Source: an uncultured Poribacteria bacterium (GTDB taxonomy: Bacteria; Poribacteria; WGA-4E; WGA-3G). Taken from it: 64,000 nt of DNA. The translations under genes were made by a program, and so were the position numbers. This document shows, one piece after another, positions 41,101 to 51,274 of the stretch (positions within the stretch are counted from its first letter, which is position 1; each line of letters begins with the position of its first letter). The stretch spans positions 4,608,001 through 4,672,000 of the forward strand of contig OX638351.1 in NCBI GenBank assembly GCA_951813565.1, written 5' to 3'. Below the pieces are notes generated by a model. It did no database searches. It was not told the DNA's origin and saw only the letters and a program-made list of their open reading frames with translations.

Positions 41101-41276
41101 CGACTTGGACCTCCACCCCAGGCTGTTTGGGTGACATGTGGCAACATCCCAAATACTGTTATGCGTGAAATTCTACACCAACACTTTCAAAATGCCATTT
41201 CACGTTTACAAACTGGTATCGCTTTGGTAGAAATCCCTGACTTCACATAAACTACAACCTATCTCAAAAATCATCT

Positions 41277-41385
41277 GTAGGACGAGGTCCCGGGGAATGC
41301 CATAAGGCATTCATACCGTTGATTTGGTGCCTCGCCATGTCTTTCAGATGGAACAACGGGCCGGCACAGGGACCCGCCCCTACAA
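41277..41385. repeat. GTAG REP pair with a nested 34-bp insert
   Basis: Matches 13313-13382 except for 41292-41325. Confidence 0.75.
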
Positions 41386-41466
41386 TATGAGGAAGCGTTA
41401 GATAAAACAGAGCAAGCCTAACAAAATCTGATTTATGAGATACGCAGTAAATTGAATATTATAGAA

Positions 41467-44088
41467 CTACAATTTCTTCGGATTCCAGAATGCACTGATT
41501 ACCGCAGTAATCGGAATTGCTAATACCAAGCCGAGTGTACCCGCCAGCAAACGCACAATCTCCGCTGACACGACTCCAAGGCTTAATAACTGCACTGCAG
41601 GTTCTTTAAAAAATTCAAGATTTGGTGCTGCTATCGTAATCACCAGTAACAACTCCACGCCAAGATAAGCGAATACCAAGGTATTGACCATCGTACCGAG
41701 AATGTCGGTGCCAACATTGAGTCCAGAGGCGATTAATCGCCATGTTGGCATATTCGGGTTTGCGCGGCGAATCTCTTCCATACTTGAAGCCACTTCAATC
41801 GCACCATCAACCGCTACGCCTAAAACTCCCATTAACATTCCTGCCAACAGAATTTGCACGAAATCAAAAGGGGGTGTCCGCGTTGCCTCAACAATATCTG
41901 CAGCAATTGCACTCTCTAAACCCGTAAAATGCAGCTGTTTTTGCGCAAAAAGCACGATCAAACCTGCTACAAGGATACCACCCATTGTTCCCAACACTGC
42001 GGAATAGGTTTTCCGACTCGGACCAATAACAAACACCAACGATACAAAAGCTACTACTCCCGAGGTAAGTGTAACAACAAGAATTGCGTTCATACCCTGT
42101 GAAATCAGGGGAAGCATGAAGAAGTAGATAACCGCACCAGAAATTAGCATCGCACAAACCGTACGGATACCTTCAATTCTTCCGACAAGAATAATAAGCA
42201 GAAACATCCCACCAACAAACCAGATAAGATATTTATCGCGAGCATATTCTTGTACAGTGTTTCCAAGAATAATTTGCTCAGAATCACCTCCAACCTTGCA
42301 AAGTACGATGTCTCCAGGCTCTGCGGGAATGCTTAACAACGGCATACTGTGATTGACAATATTCCGTAAAACTAAGTGTTTCCCTTTATACATCCCACTA
42401 AGTATCTTAACTTCAAGTACATGATTTTCAGTTTCAGCATCATATACGTTGAGATTACTTGTTCCATCATGTGCGATGCGAATACTGTAAGTCTGTTCGT
42501 ACTCTGCATCGGAAATCAACCATCGACTGTCTTTCCACGGTTTTATTGAGATAGTCGCGTCATCGGATAAAGCAATTCTATTGTTAGCAAATGCCTCCCG
42601 TAATGCCGAAGGCACAATTTTCTTCTCTAAATCAGTTGTATTAGTTCCATCAATAGTGAACAGAAGATCTCCAGTTGATTCGAGTAATCGAATCACTTTC
42701 CCCTTTGCATATTCTTGTTTTGTAATAAGTTTTCCTTGTTCATCATGTAATTCAAAAATTGTAGCAGAAAGTCCGCGTGTGCGATAGTAAACAAACGTTG
42801 AACCGATCAACACAAGAATCAATGCGATTGGTACTGCAACTCGGCGGGAAAAAATGCGAGTACCGCTATGTGTTGACTCACTACCGAATAATTCTTCTAA
42901 CTCCTCTTCGGTCGGTAAATTTTCGTGAATCTCCGATCTGCTTACTTCTATATATTTTGTAAGGAAACCTGCAACCGTGGCTGCAATCGGAACGGTAAGA
43001 ACAAGGCCAATAGTTCCAACTACTGCCTGAATAATAGCAACAGCTGTTGTCTCATCGTTAACCAATCGCAGAAACGGATATAAGAAACCTGCTTCAGGAA
43101 AATCGATGCGTGGCAGCAGCATTGTGATCATGTGTGCACCGAGGTAGGCAAAAATAAGCGTATCTGCCATTGTCCCCATAATATCCCGTCCAACGTTCAA
43201 CCCTGCGCGGATAGCTTGTCGGACACTAATGTTCGGATTCACCTGTTTGACTTCATGCACACTGGAAGATATGGACATGCTCACATCCATCATCGCGCCG
43301 ACTGCTCCCAAAATGATGCCAGCAGATAGGATACCTGTAAAATTCCAATGGTGTGCCGCCGGTGTCCGCCATAGTGCAATACCGAGTTCCAGAAAGCCAA
43401 ACTCTTGTGCTAATCCGGTTAATACCATCAAATGTTGGCTGAGGACAGACAAGATACCAACAGCGGTTAATCCTCCCAGTGTCCCGATCACACCTGAGAC
43501 AACTTTGAAACTAAATCCTGTAATGAGAAGGAAAGTTACTAATGTTAGAAATGCAGCGATTAACAACGCTACAGCAATCGGGTTGTAGCCGCTGACAGTT
43601 AGTGGAACAAGGATATAAAGAACAGAGAGGGCAGTAACAAACAATGTCAACATCGCACGTACGCCCTTCATTCCTGCAACCAGTATCATCAGAACCCCTA
43701 AAGCACCTGCAAGGTACAGCAAAAATGGAGTTCTGAAGTACTCTCCCATTGATACAGAATCAATTTTGGGATTTAAAGGATCACGGATTGGAATCTCAAG
43801 AAACAATATATCGCTTTTGCTTATCACACGGTCACTAAAAGCGCGTCCAATCCATATATTGTTTACTTGAACTGTCTCTCCGCGGAATTGGCCGGAGAGG
43901 ATACGGAAGGATAGAATTTGGTCTGCCTCATCACTTGTATCTATGTTAATTACACGTCCTAAACATACCAGAACCTGCAACTCACCACTCTTCGTTACTT
44001 CAGCAAAACGGTAAAGTTTCAGATGTAAAAAGGCAACACTTAGCAGAATAAGCAAAATACCGATGATTTTGATATATGTTTCCCGCAT
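41467..44088 (-). CDS. YibE/F family membrane protein, two YibE/F units in tandem
   Basis: GAVGAMMDVSMSISS..GLNVGRDIMGTMADTLIFAY and GVLGVAVDGAIEVASS..GLNVGTDILGTMVNTLVFAY. Confidence 0.88.
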   Translation of the reverse strand: MRETYIKIIGILLILLSVAFLHLKLYRFAEVTKSGELQVLVCLGRVINIDTSDEADQILSFRILSGQFRGETVQVNNIWIGRAFSDRVISKSDILFLEIPIRDPLNPKIDSVSMGEYFRTPFLLYLAGALGVLMILVAGMKGVRAMLTLFVTALSVLYILVPLTVSGYNPIAVALLIAAFLTLVTFLLITGFSFKVVSGVIGTLGGLTAVGILSVLSQHLMVLTGLAQEFGFLELGIALWRTPAAHHWNFTGILSAGIILGAVGAMMDVSMSISSSVHEVKQVNPNISVRQAIRAGLNVGRDIMGTMADTLIFAYLGAHMITMLLPRIDFPEAGFLYPFLRLVNDETTAVAIIQAVVGTIGLVLTVPIAATVAGFLTKYIEVSRSEIHENLPTEEELEELFGSESTHSGTRIFSRRVAVPIALILVLIGSTFVYYRTRGLSATIFELHDEQGKLITKQEYAKGKVIRLLESTGDLLFTIDGTNTTDLEKKIVPSALREAFANNRIALSDDATISIKPWKDSRWLISDAEYEQTYSIRIAHDGTSNLNVYDAETENHVLEVKILSGMYKGKHLVLRNIVNHSMPLLSIPAEPGDIVLCKVGGDSEQIILGNTVQEYARDKYLIWFVGGMFLLIILVGRIEGIRTVCAMLISGAVIYFFMLPLISQGMNAILVVTLTSGVVAFVSLVFVIGPSRKTYSAVLGTMGGILVAGLIVLFAQKQLHFTGLESAIAADIVEATRTPPFDFVQILLAGMLMGVLGVAVDGAIEVASSMEEIRRANPNMPTWRLIASGLNVGTDILGTMVNTLVFAYLGVELLLVITIAAPNLEFFKEPAVQLLSLGVVSAEIVRLLAGTLGLVLAIPITAVISAFWNPKKL

Positions 44089-44138
44089 TTTTTCCTCTCA
44101 GTTTTTGTGTGATCTAATAATAGATATTAGCACTCCCT

Positions 44139-44534
44139 GTCAAACCCCCTGCCTTTAGGTAGGGGATGTAGACAGCTCAGCAGTTTATGTGTCAAAAAAA
44201 CCTTGACACTTTCACCAAAATTTGATATATTGTCTTTAGCAGTCGGCATCGGTTCTGATTGATGTGGTGGTAGACCGCTCGGCAGTGAAACAATCAGGTA
44301 AAAGCCTTGCGATTCAATACTGCTAAAGTTCTTTGTAACATCTATTGCACGTTTAGGGTAGACGCATTGAAAAATGCTCACCCGCTTGAAAAATCACGTG
44401 TCAAAAATAATAAGTTGCCTTCGGGCAAGTGGCTGGCTTAGCAGCCACTGTGGAGCAGATGTAAGACGCTTCTTCGGAAACGCTAACTGCTACGAAGCAC
44501 AAGCCCCTGCCTTTAGGTAGTGGGTCACTATGAC
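44139..44534 (+). mobile_element. Non-coding IS200/IS605-type element with promoter and structured RNA (omega-RNA-like 3' part)
   Basis: cccctgcctttaggtag hairpin at both ends; TTGACA-17-TATATT; tgtggag..taagac..gaagc as in the tnpB 3' end at ~19427-19485. Confidence 0.78.
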
Positions 44535-44760
44535 AGCAAATTACATGCCAATACAAAAATATCGTGCTTCCGAGAAAACGCACTTCAGCACTCACTACAG
44601 TTGCACGATAAGGGGCAGGACAAATTAAAAAGCACAAATTCGGGCAGCTTTATCAAATTACTATAGTTTGGACAATTCTTGTCTTGTGGAAGTTAAGTTT
44701 ACAACAGAAAGCTATTTTTCTATGAGTTTTACATATCAGTGGAAACCTGCGAAAAATGCT

Positions 44761-44905
44761 GCACGCCAGTGGAGTGCTATGTCTATAGAAAACGGTATGT
44801 GCCCATGCTTGCACGCCAGCGGAGTGCTATGTGTCGAACCTCATACCGCTCCGCTGGAGCGGTATGAGGTTCATAATGTGGCTATAAACATATTGCTCCG
44901 CTGGA
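44761..44905. repeat. Cluster of gcacgccagYggagtgctatgt and cataYYgctccgctgga repeats
   Basis: Two direct copies of each motif. Confidence 0.7.
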
Positions 44906-45046
44906 ACAAAGAGGGTTTCTGTTTTGTTCATGGTGTCTTGATTGGAAACCTAAGTGGTGGACCAATTTCTTATATCAACTCACGTTTGAAAAAATTATTT
45001 AAACTATAGTCAAATTAGTACAGAATAGAATATCAGAGTTATAACT

Positions 45047-46918
45047 TTAGAGATGTTTTCGGATATTTTCGGCAACGCCACGAGGAATCCCTTTCACAGA
45101 GAGAAGTTCATCTAAACTTGCTTGTCGAATTGCATCAATTGAACCAAATTGTTGCAATAAAGCCTGTTTTCGTTTCGGACCGATATTTGGAATTTCGTCG
45201 AGCACAGACTCACTGAGGGCTTTTTGGCGTAGTTTACGGTGGTAGGTAATCGCGAACCGATGTGCCTCATCCCGTAATCGTTGAATTAAGTGTAAGGTCG
45301 GGTTGTCTTCCCGCAGTACAATGGGGTCTGGATTTCCTGGAACGAAAATCTCCTCAATCCTTTTTGCCAAGGCGATCAGTGGAATCCGAGTTGGAACAGG
45401 ATCCAAATCTACTTCAGCAAAAGGTAGAAGCGCAGATTGCACAGCACTCAACTGACCTTTTCCACCGTCAATTAACATTAAATCCGGTAATTTGCTAAAT
45501 TTTATATCTCCAGTCTCAGCACGTCGAAAACGCCGTGTAAGAACCTCTTGCATCATCGCATAATCGTTTTGCCCGACCACATCGCGAATCCGAAACTGCC
45601 GGTATTCACTCGAAGCCGGTTTACCATCTTCCAGAACGACCATAGACCCAACGGCATATCTATCACCAAGATTTGAAATATCATACGCCTCAATCCGTCT
45701 GAGCGGATGTTTTATTTTAAGTAGTTCCTGTAGTTCAACAAGGGCAGGATCAACATCACTACTATAAACCACGCTTTGCTCCCGCTGTATCAGAAGCACC
45801 TCAGCGTTTTTCATTGCCAAAGTTTGCAACCGCTTCAGTCTGCCTGCCCGTGGCACATGCAAAGAGACATGATTACCTCGTTTCTCGCTGAGCCATTTTT
45901 GAATTAGTTCTACCGATTCAATTGGCATCGGCAACACAATCGTTTTTGGAATCAGGACAGCATTTTGGTAATACTGAGAAACGAATGCACTTATAGCAGT
46001 TGGTATTAATTCTGGATGTACATCGTTTAGATAATAATGCTCACGTTCTAAGAGTTTCCCATCTCGAATGTGCAGCACTTGCACACAGGCAATATCTCCA
46101 AGACGATTTTGCACGCCGTGCTGAAAAGCGGTTGCAATACCGATAACATCTTCATCCACTGTTGAAACATTGTCAAGACTCTGTTGTGTGGTTACTGCTT
46201 GTTGAACGTCCTTAAGCATATCCCGATACCTCGCCGCTGTCTCAAAATCGAGTGCTTTTGATGCAGATTCCATCTGCTGGCGCAACTCTTTTACAACAGC
46301 ATTCGTATTCCCACCTAAGAACTGACACACCTTACGAACTATCTTTTTATAATCCTGCACACTTATCTTATTGGCACAAGGCGCGGGACACCTGCCGATG
46401 TGGTAATCAAGGCATGCGCGGTATTTGTTCCCTATTTCTACAAGCGGCAGCGTACAAGTGCGGATCGGAAACAATTTGGTCAACTGTTTAACTACCTGTC
46501 GTGTAGAACGAACACGCACAAAGGGACCGAAATAGCGCGTTCCGTCACTCTCCGTTTTACGCGTAATCATTATCCGTGGAAAAGGTTCATTTGTTGTCAC
46601 TCGCAGAAACGGATAACGTTTGTCATCTTTTAGTTTAACATTGTATCGTGGTTGATGTGCCTTAATCAGATTATTTTCCAGAATCAGAGCTTCTATCTCA
46701 GTGCTTGTGACAATATAATCGACCTCTGTCACATACCGCATCATCTGAGCAGTGAGAGGATTGTCAGTGAGTCCGCTCTGCTGAAAATAGGAGCGAACTC
46801 GATTCCGAAGGTTTACCGCCTTACCTATGTAGATAGGGGACCCATCAGAGGCTTTCATCAGATAAACACCGGGGGCACCCGGAAGAGATTGCCACATTTT
46901 CGGTTGGGTTTCCTTCAT
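45047..46918 (-). CDS. uvrC: Excinuclease ABC subunit C
   Basis: GIY-YIG (PGVYLM..IYIGKA), UVR domain, YDISN, IDGGKGQL, RDEAHRFA, HhH. Confidence 0.97.
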   Translation of the reverse strand: MKETQPKMWQSLPGAPGVYLMKASDGSPIYIGKAVNLRNRVRSYFQQSGLTDNPLTAQMMRYVTEVDYIVTSTEIEALILENNLIKAHQPRYNVKLKDDKRYPFLRVTTNEPFPRIMITRKTESDGTRYFGPFVRVRSTRQVVKQLTKLFPIRTCTLPLVEIGNKYRACLDYHIGRCPAPCANKISVQDYKKIVRKVCQFLGGNTNAVVKELRQQMESASKALDFETAARYRDMLKDVQQAVTTQQSLDNVSTVDEDVIGIATAFQHGVQNRLGDIACVQVLHIRDGKLLEREHYYLNDVHPELIPTAISAFVSQYYQNAVLIPKTIVLPMPIESVELIQKWLSEKRGNHVSLHVPRAGRLKRLQTLAMKNAEVLLIQREQSVVYSSDVDPALVELQELLKIKHPLRRIEAYDISNLGDRYAVGSMVVLEDGKPASSEYRQFRIRDVVGQNDYAMMQEVLTRRFRRAETGDIKFSKLPDLMLIDGGKGQLSAVQSALLPFAEVDLDPVPTRIPLIALAKRIEEIFVPGNPDPIVLREDNPTLHLIQRLRDEAHRFAITYHRKLRQKALSESVLDEIPNIGPKRKQALLQQFGSIDAIRQASLDELLSVKGIPRGVAENIRKHL

Positions 46919-46925
46919 TTCCGAC

Positions 46926-47501
46926 CTACCTCAAAAATTGGACTTTTGCATAAATTGCACGTAAAGCCAACTTACATTCTATTGATGTCAATACAAGCAC
47001 ATCGTCAAGCGAACGGAATTCTCTTAAAGTCCAGCTCCCATTTTGACGTATATACTGTTCAACATGCACACCGTTTTGTGAAACGAGGATATATTCTTGC
47101 AAAGATTCAAGAGTTTGATAGGACAAAAATTTGTCGTGCCGATCATAATTCTCGGTTGACGGCGAAAGCACCTCTACGATGACAGTCGGGTTGAGAAGTG
47201 TATCAAAGTGATTATCCTCAAAGCGCGGTTCATCGCATACTACGACAACATCAGGATATGTGTATAAACCGCTATCACTAACCTTCACACGCATATCGTT
47301 AGTATAAACTTCACATGTCCTATCCAGAAATTGTAAATAAAACTCACCAAATATATTGCCTGATAGTAGGTTATGCGGGCGACTTGCACCGGGCATTGCA
47401 ACAACCTGTCCGTTCCGATACTCGCTTTTGAATTCAGCTTTTCGTTCTTTCACAATATATTCTTCTGGTGTTAGAAGGATTTTTGCAGCCACAGTCGCCA
47501 T
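46926..47501 (-). CDS. Uma2 family endonuclease
   Basis: YTYPDVVVVC, VEVLSPST..YDR..K, LQEYILV. Confidence 0.9.
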   Translation of the reverse strand: MATVAAKILLTPEEYIVKERKAEFKSEYRNGQVVAMPGASRPHNLLSGNIFGEFYLQFLDRTCEVYTNDMRVKVSDSGLYTYPDVVVVCDEPRFEDNHFDTLLNPTVIVEVLSPSTENYDRHDKFLSYQTLESLQEYILVSQNGVHVEQYIRQNGSWTLREFRSLDDVLVLTSIECKLALRAIYAKVQFLR

Positions 47502-47519
47502 TATTTTCTCCGAATATTT

Positions 47520-48218
47520 TTACGATTTTTCATAGACTGCCCGATAAATTTTCCTGCCTTCTGAACGGTACTTCATTTCAAAGTTTGTAGTGATGTGGTT
47601 ATAGCCACTTGAATTCAATGGAACAGGTTCTAACTTTGTCAACTTTGCGAGTCTCTCTTGGATCTCACTGAAATATTCAGCAAAATCTGTTACGACGTAC
47701 AACTTACCAGTATCGAATGTAAGCGTTCGTGAAATAGCATCAAGAAACTCTTTATTTCGAAAGATTCTTCGCTTCTGCTGCCGTGCTTTCGGCCACGGGT
47801 CGGGAAAATAGATATGATACGCTTGCACCGATTCATCAGGCACATATCGCGTCAAAAAGTAATTGGCATCTGTCCACGCGAGGCGTACATTCTCAAACAT
47901 GCCTGAATTCTTGTCTATTGAGAAATGCCGCATATATTTCTTAAACCGCTCACGTGTGATTTCTACATACTTTTGCGCGCGTTCCACACCGATATAGTTT
48001 ATCTGTGGAAACTGCTTTGATGCTTCTAATAAAAACCGCCCTTTGCCTGGACCGACCTCTATTTCTACTGGATGCGCATTGCCGAAGAGGTTTTGCCAGT
48101 CAATTGGAGAAGGTAGATCGTGTAAAGACACGACATTGTCATGGACTGCATCAATTATCTGTGAGTAGGAAGTGGTGCATTTATAGTAGATATCGTTGTA
48201 ACGAGGTTCCGCATTCAT
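47520..48218 (-). CDS. trmB: tRNA (guanine-N7)-methyltransferase
   Basis: IEVGPGKG, YFPDPWPK, VTD...Y, TNFEMKY. Confidence 0.92.
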   Translation of the reverse strand: MNAEPRYNDIYYKCTTSYSQIIDAVHDNVVSLHDLPSPIDWQNLFGNAHPVEIEVGPGKGRFLLEASKQFPQINYIGVERAQKYVEITRERFKKYMRHFSIDKNSGMFENVRLAWTDANYFLTRYVPDESVQAYHIYFPDPWPKARQQKRRIFRNKEFLDAISRTLTFDTGKLYVVTDFAEYFSEIQERLAKLTKLEPVPLNSSGYNHITTNFEMKYRSEGRKIYRAVYEKS

Positions 48219-48988
48219 TATTCGTTTTGCAAAAATTTGTGTAGATGTGTCTTAATCAAGTTGTTTTGTGGTTCATAACCTAATACTTCAACTGCGCCAC
48301 TGATGTCAAGGTAACTCTGCTGGTACCCATCCGAATTCGCTGAACGACCATAGGTTATCAGATATTTGACAGGTCCATCATAATTTACAGCCAAACTGAA
48401 CAGTTGGACACAATCGCGCGGTGTCAGGAGTGTGCTGCAGTGTCGAATCCCTTTCGGTTCTGATGTGCCGTTATAACTCCCAATACGTATGCTGATAAAC
48501 CGCATATCATGTGCGTCAACAAGGTATCGCCCCGCAATCTCTGCCATGCCTTTCATCGCGCCATACCAACCATCAGGGCGAAATTGGTCGCCGGTAGAAA
48601 ACTTTGGCGGTGAACTCAATCGCTCATTCCATCCAGATACATGATTTGTGCTTGCATATACAATCTTTTGAATTCCACCCTCTCGCGCAGCCTCAAACAA
48701 ATTCATTGACGCACCGATGTCGCTGACTTCTCCCGGAACTTTACCAAGCGAATCTTGGCGGACATAAGCCAAATGCACCAATACATCTTGTCCTTGACAC
48801 AACGCCTGCATCGCTGTGTAATCCCGAATATCTGCCTGTTCTACGCGTGATACCGATCCTTCAATCGGTTTGATATCCATCAAGGTTAACGTGTATAAAT
48901 CTTGCTTTTCCCATGCCTGCCAGAGCGTTGAACCTACCGTTCCCGCTGCGCCTGTGATAAGTACTCGTTGTTTCATCTTTTTCTCCAA
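48218..48988 (-). CDS. NAD-dependent epimerase/dehydrogenase (uronate dehydrogenase-like)
   Basis: ITGAAGTVG, YASTNH, RPDGWYGAMK, IRIGS. Confidence 0.8.
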   Translation of the reverse strand: MEKKMKQRVLITGAAGTVGSTLWQAWEKQDLYTLTLMDIKPIEGSVSRVEQADIRDYTAMQALCQGQDVLVHLAYVRQDSLGKVPGEVSDIGASMNLFEAAREGGIQKIVYASTNHVSGWNERLSSPPKFSTGDQFRPDGWYGAMKGMAEIAGRYLVDAHDMRFISIRIGSYNGTSEPKGIRHCSTLLTPRDCVQLFSLAVNYDGPVKYLITYGRSANSDGYQQSYLDISGAVEVLGYEPQNNLIKTHLHKFLQNE

Positions 48989-49107
48989 CTCGGCAAGGTA
49001 GGACTGTGCGCTTACCTCTTTTCATAAATTGACGCATAAGGTGCGGTTTCAAACCGCACTTACTTACAGCCACGTGTTAACATATTTTGGATTTCACTAA
49101 TCAGGTA

Positions 49108-49959
49108 TTAGGTGCGGGCTTGCAAGCGCGCGAGTTGTTCTTGGAGTTTTGCGGCTTCCGCTTCTGCCTGTTCGGCACGTGCTTCGGCAGTTTCTGCGCG
49201 TATGGCTTCCTGTTCAGCGTGTGCTTCGGCAGTTTCTGCACGTGTGGTTTCTTGTTCAGCGCGTGCTTCGGCAGTTTCTGCGCGTATGGCTTCCTGTTCA
49301 GCGCGTGCTTCGGCAGTTTCTGCGCGTATGGCTTCCTGTTCAGCAAGCGATAGTGCTGACTCCGCAGGTGTTTGAAGCCACTCATCTGCAACTGGGTCAT
49401 AAATACCTAAACCCACATTATCAACATGGAAATCTAAACCCAGAGCAGAAGAATGTAAACCGCCAGTCGGACCTGCTGAAATCGGAACATACACATCATC
49501 AACCAACTCAAAACCCATCAGCGCGGATGGTAAATACAATCCCTCTGCATCATATAATAAGTAGTCTTGTATTCCCAATAAACCGTAAAGTTCCAACTTT
49601 TTACCTAAGTCGTCTCGGTATGTGTTTTTGCTTGAAAACTCCATCGCGAAATCAGGCACCTTCCCTTCCTCCCAGACCTTATACGTCCTTCGGAGTTTCT
49701 TACCTAAACCGAAAGTGACCAGAACATCTGGCGCAACTGATTTACGCGGGTCTCCCTCCACATAATACATCAGTATATCACCAGATACATAGACTTCCGG
49801 TCTTTCTTCAAAATGCGTATCAAGAACTTGTAATGTTCGAATAAGGATTCGTCTGTGAAGGTCGCTGACTGCCATCGGTTTTCCATCCGTTTCTGGATAA
49901 ATGTCTAACTCATCTGTAGGTACGGAAGGGATATCGAGTCCTTTTAGATAAGTAGTCAT
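49108..49959 (-). CDS. Uma2 family endonuclease with coiled-coil repeat tail
   Basis: YPETDGKPM, APDV, EFSSKNT..DLGKK, YLLYD. Confidence 0.88.
   Translation of the reverse strand: MTTYLKGLDIPSVPTDELDIYPETDGKPMAVSDLHRRILIRTLQVLDTHFEERPEVYVSGDILMYYVEGDPRKSVAPDVLVTFGLGKKLRRTYKVWEEGKVPDFAMEFSSKNTYRDDLGKKLELYGLLGIQDYLLYDAEGLYLPSALMGFELVDDVYVPISAGPTGGLHSSALGLDFHVDNVGLGIYDPVADEWLQTPAESALSLAEQEAIRAETAEARAEQEAIRAETAEARAEQETTRAETAEAHAEQEAIRAETAEARAEQAEAEAAKLQEQLARLQART
49179..49344 (-). repeat. 42-bp tandem repeat x4 (AEQEAIRAETAEAR) inside the Uma2 gene
   Basis: Units start at 49179, 49221, 49263, 49305. Confidence 0.92.
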
Positions 49960-50032
49960 CGGTATTTCTCCTTTGCCATAAGATGTGTGAAAATAGGGTG
50001 AGAAGTTGATCCACGGTTTGCATTATGTGTTA

Positions 50033-50061
50033 ATTGTAACTGAAAATTGAGAAGGTGTCAA
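50033..50061 (-). promoter_or_regulatory. Sigma70-type promoter for the Uma2 gene
   Basis: Minus strand TTGACA-17-TACAAT. Confidence 0.55.
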
Positions 50062-50134
50062 GCAAGTTTAGAAGCAATTTAGGTGGGACGGTGTTGAAGG
50101 AGAGTACTTTACATCAAATTTCTATTCAATAGGA

Positions 50135-51274
50135 TTATTTTTTGGTAAGAATTATATCTCTCTCGCCTGGTTTTTTCTTTCCGTCACCGAACAAATGAGT
50201 TTGCGTTCGTCCAGTAAAAGGTTGTTCAATAATCAAAGGCTCTTCCCAAGATGGAGCTGGAAAATGTTTCTGCAATATCTCTAGTGTGGTATCAAAGGTA
50301 AATTCACGTTTAGAAGTTCGGATATAGATGGTACTATCTTCACCCATAATTTGTGAGGCACTTTTGAATACTTTCTCTAACAGTTCACTATATAATTCTT
50401 TTGATGAAAATTTTCCTGTGTATTCACTTTCACCATATCCGGGTTTAGAAGCACCTCCAAGTAGCCACAATCTTAACCATTGATCGTTATGATAGCCCGT
50501 GACACCTTGATACGGTGGCGACGTAAAAAGTAACGAACAAGGAATTTGTTTGCCACTAGCAATCCTCTTCGCAATCTTTGGCAATATTTGAGTACTATCG
50601 CCTAATTTAACTTCGCTTTGTTTTGTTACATTCGGTATGCCTTTGCTGTACCGCCTTTGTATTTTCCCAAGCAAAAATTCCTTAATTGGTATCTCAGGTG
50701 GGGTAATAAGATTTTCTTTTCGCCACCAGTCCATAGAGTACTTAGGACCCATTGCTTTTGTTTGTCGCATTTGATTGGAAAGACCCTCTCCTAACTTCCC
50801 GTGCAGATGAATAAGAAGCAATCCCATGAGCGTTCGGTCTACCTTACGACTCTTCCATTTTAGTTCCTTACGTGCAGTAATCAGAAAATTTAAAACCTTC
50901 TCTGAATAACACATCCTGAAAAATTCAGGGAGTTCCATTGGCTCTTGAACACATGCTTCGCTCATTTCAATAAGTGATTTAAGTCGTTTTTCTACATTGC
51001 GTTGAGAAGCTGTCTGTAATTTGGTTTGGGCGTATACCCATCCGAGTGGATTTATTTCAATACCTAACCCAATTCTATCTTGTGTTGCCGCAGCAAATAC
51101 ACTTGAAGCGCGTCCGGCAAATGGATCCAAAACGAGTTGTCCTGGTTCAGAGTATTCATTAACTATGTCAAATGCGAATTCTAGCGGGAACATTGCATAA
51201 TAGGGACCAACCGCAGCCCATCGTCCGATTGCATTGCTCATACTACGCTTGAATTTACCATTGACAAGTTTCAT
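50135..51274 (-). CDS. DNA amino-methyltransferase (alpha-type order, SPPY, probably N4-cytosine)
   Basis: PYYAMFP, motif I LDPFAGRAS near N-terminus, motif IV FTSPPY after the central region. Confidence 0.85.
   Translation of the reverse strand: MKLVNGKFKRSMSNAIGRWAAVGPYYAMFPLEFAFDIVNEYSEPGQLVLDPFAGRASSVFAAATQDRIGLGIEINPLGWVYAQTKLQTASQRNVEKRLKSLIEMSEACVQEPMELPEFFRMCYSEKVLNFLITARKELKWKSRKVDRTLMGLLLIHLHGKLGEGLSNQMRQTKAMGPKYSMDWWRKENLITPPEIPIKEFLLGKIQRRYSKGIPNVTKQSEVKLGDSTQILPKIAKRIASGKQIPCSLLFTSPPYQGVTGYHNDQWLRLWLLGGASKPGYGESEYTGKFSSKELYSELLEKVFKSASQIMGEDSTIYIRTSKREFTFDTTLEILQKHFPAPSWEEPLIIEQPFTGRTQTHLFGDGKKKPGERDIILTKK

Noticed and set aside
49087..49718. Overlapping repetitive ORFs around the Uma2 tail
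   Set aside because: Shadow frames of the 42-bp repeat
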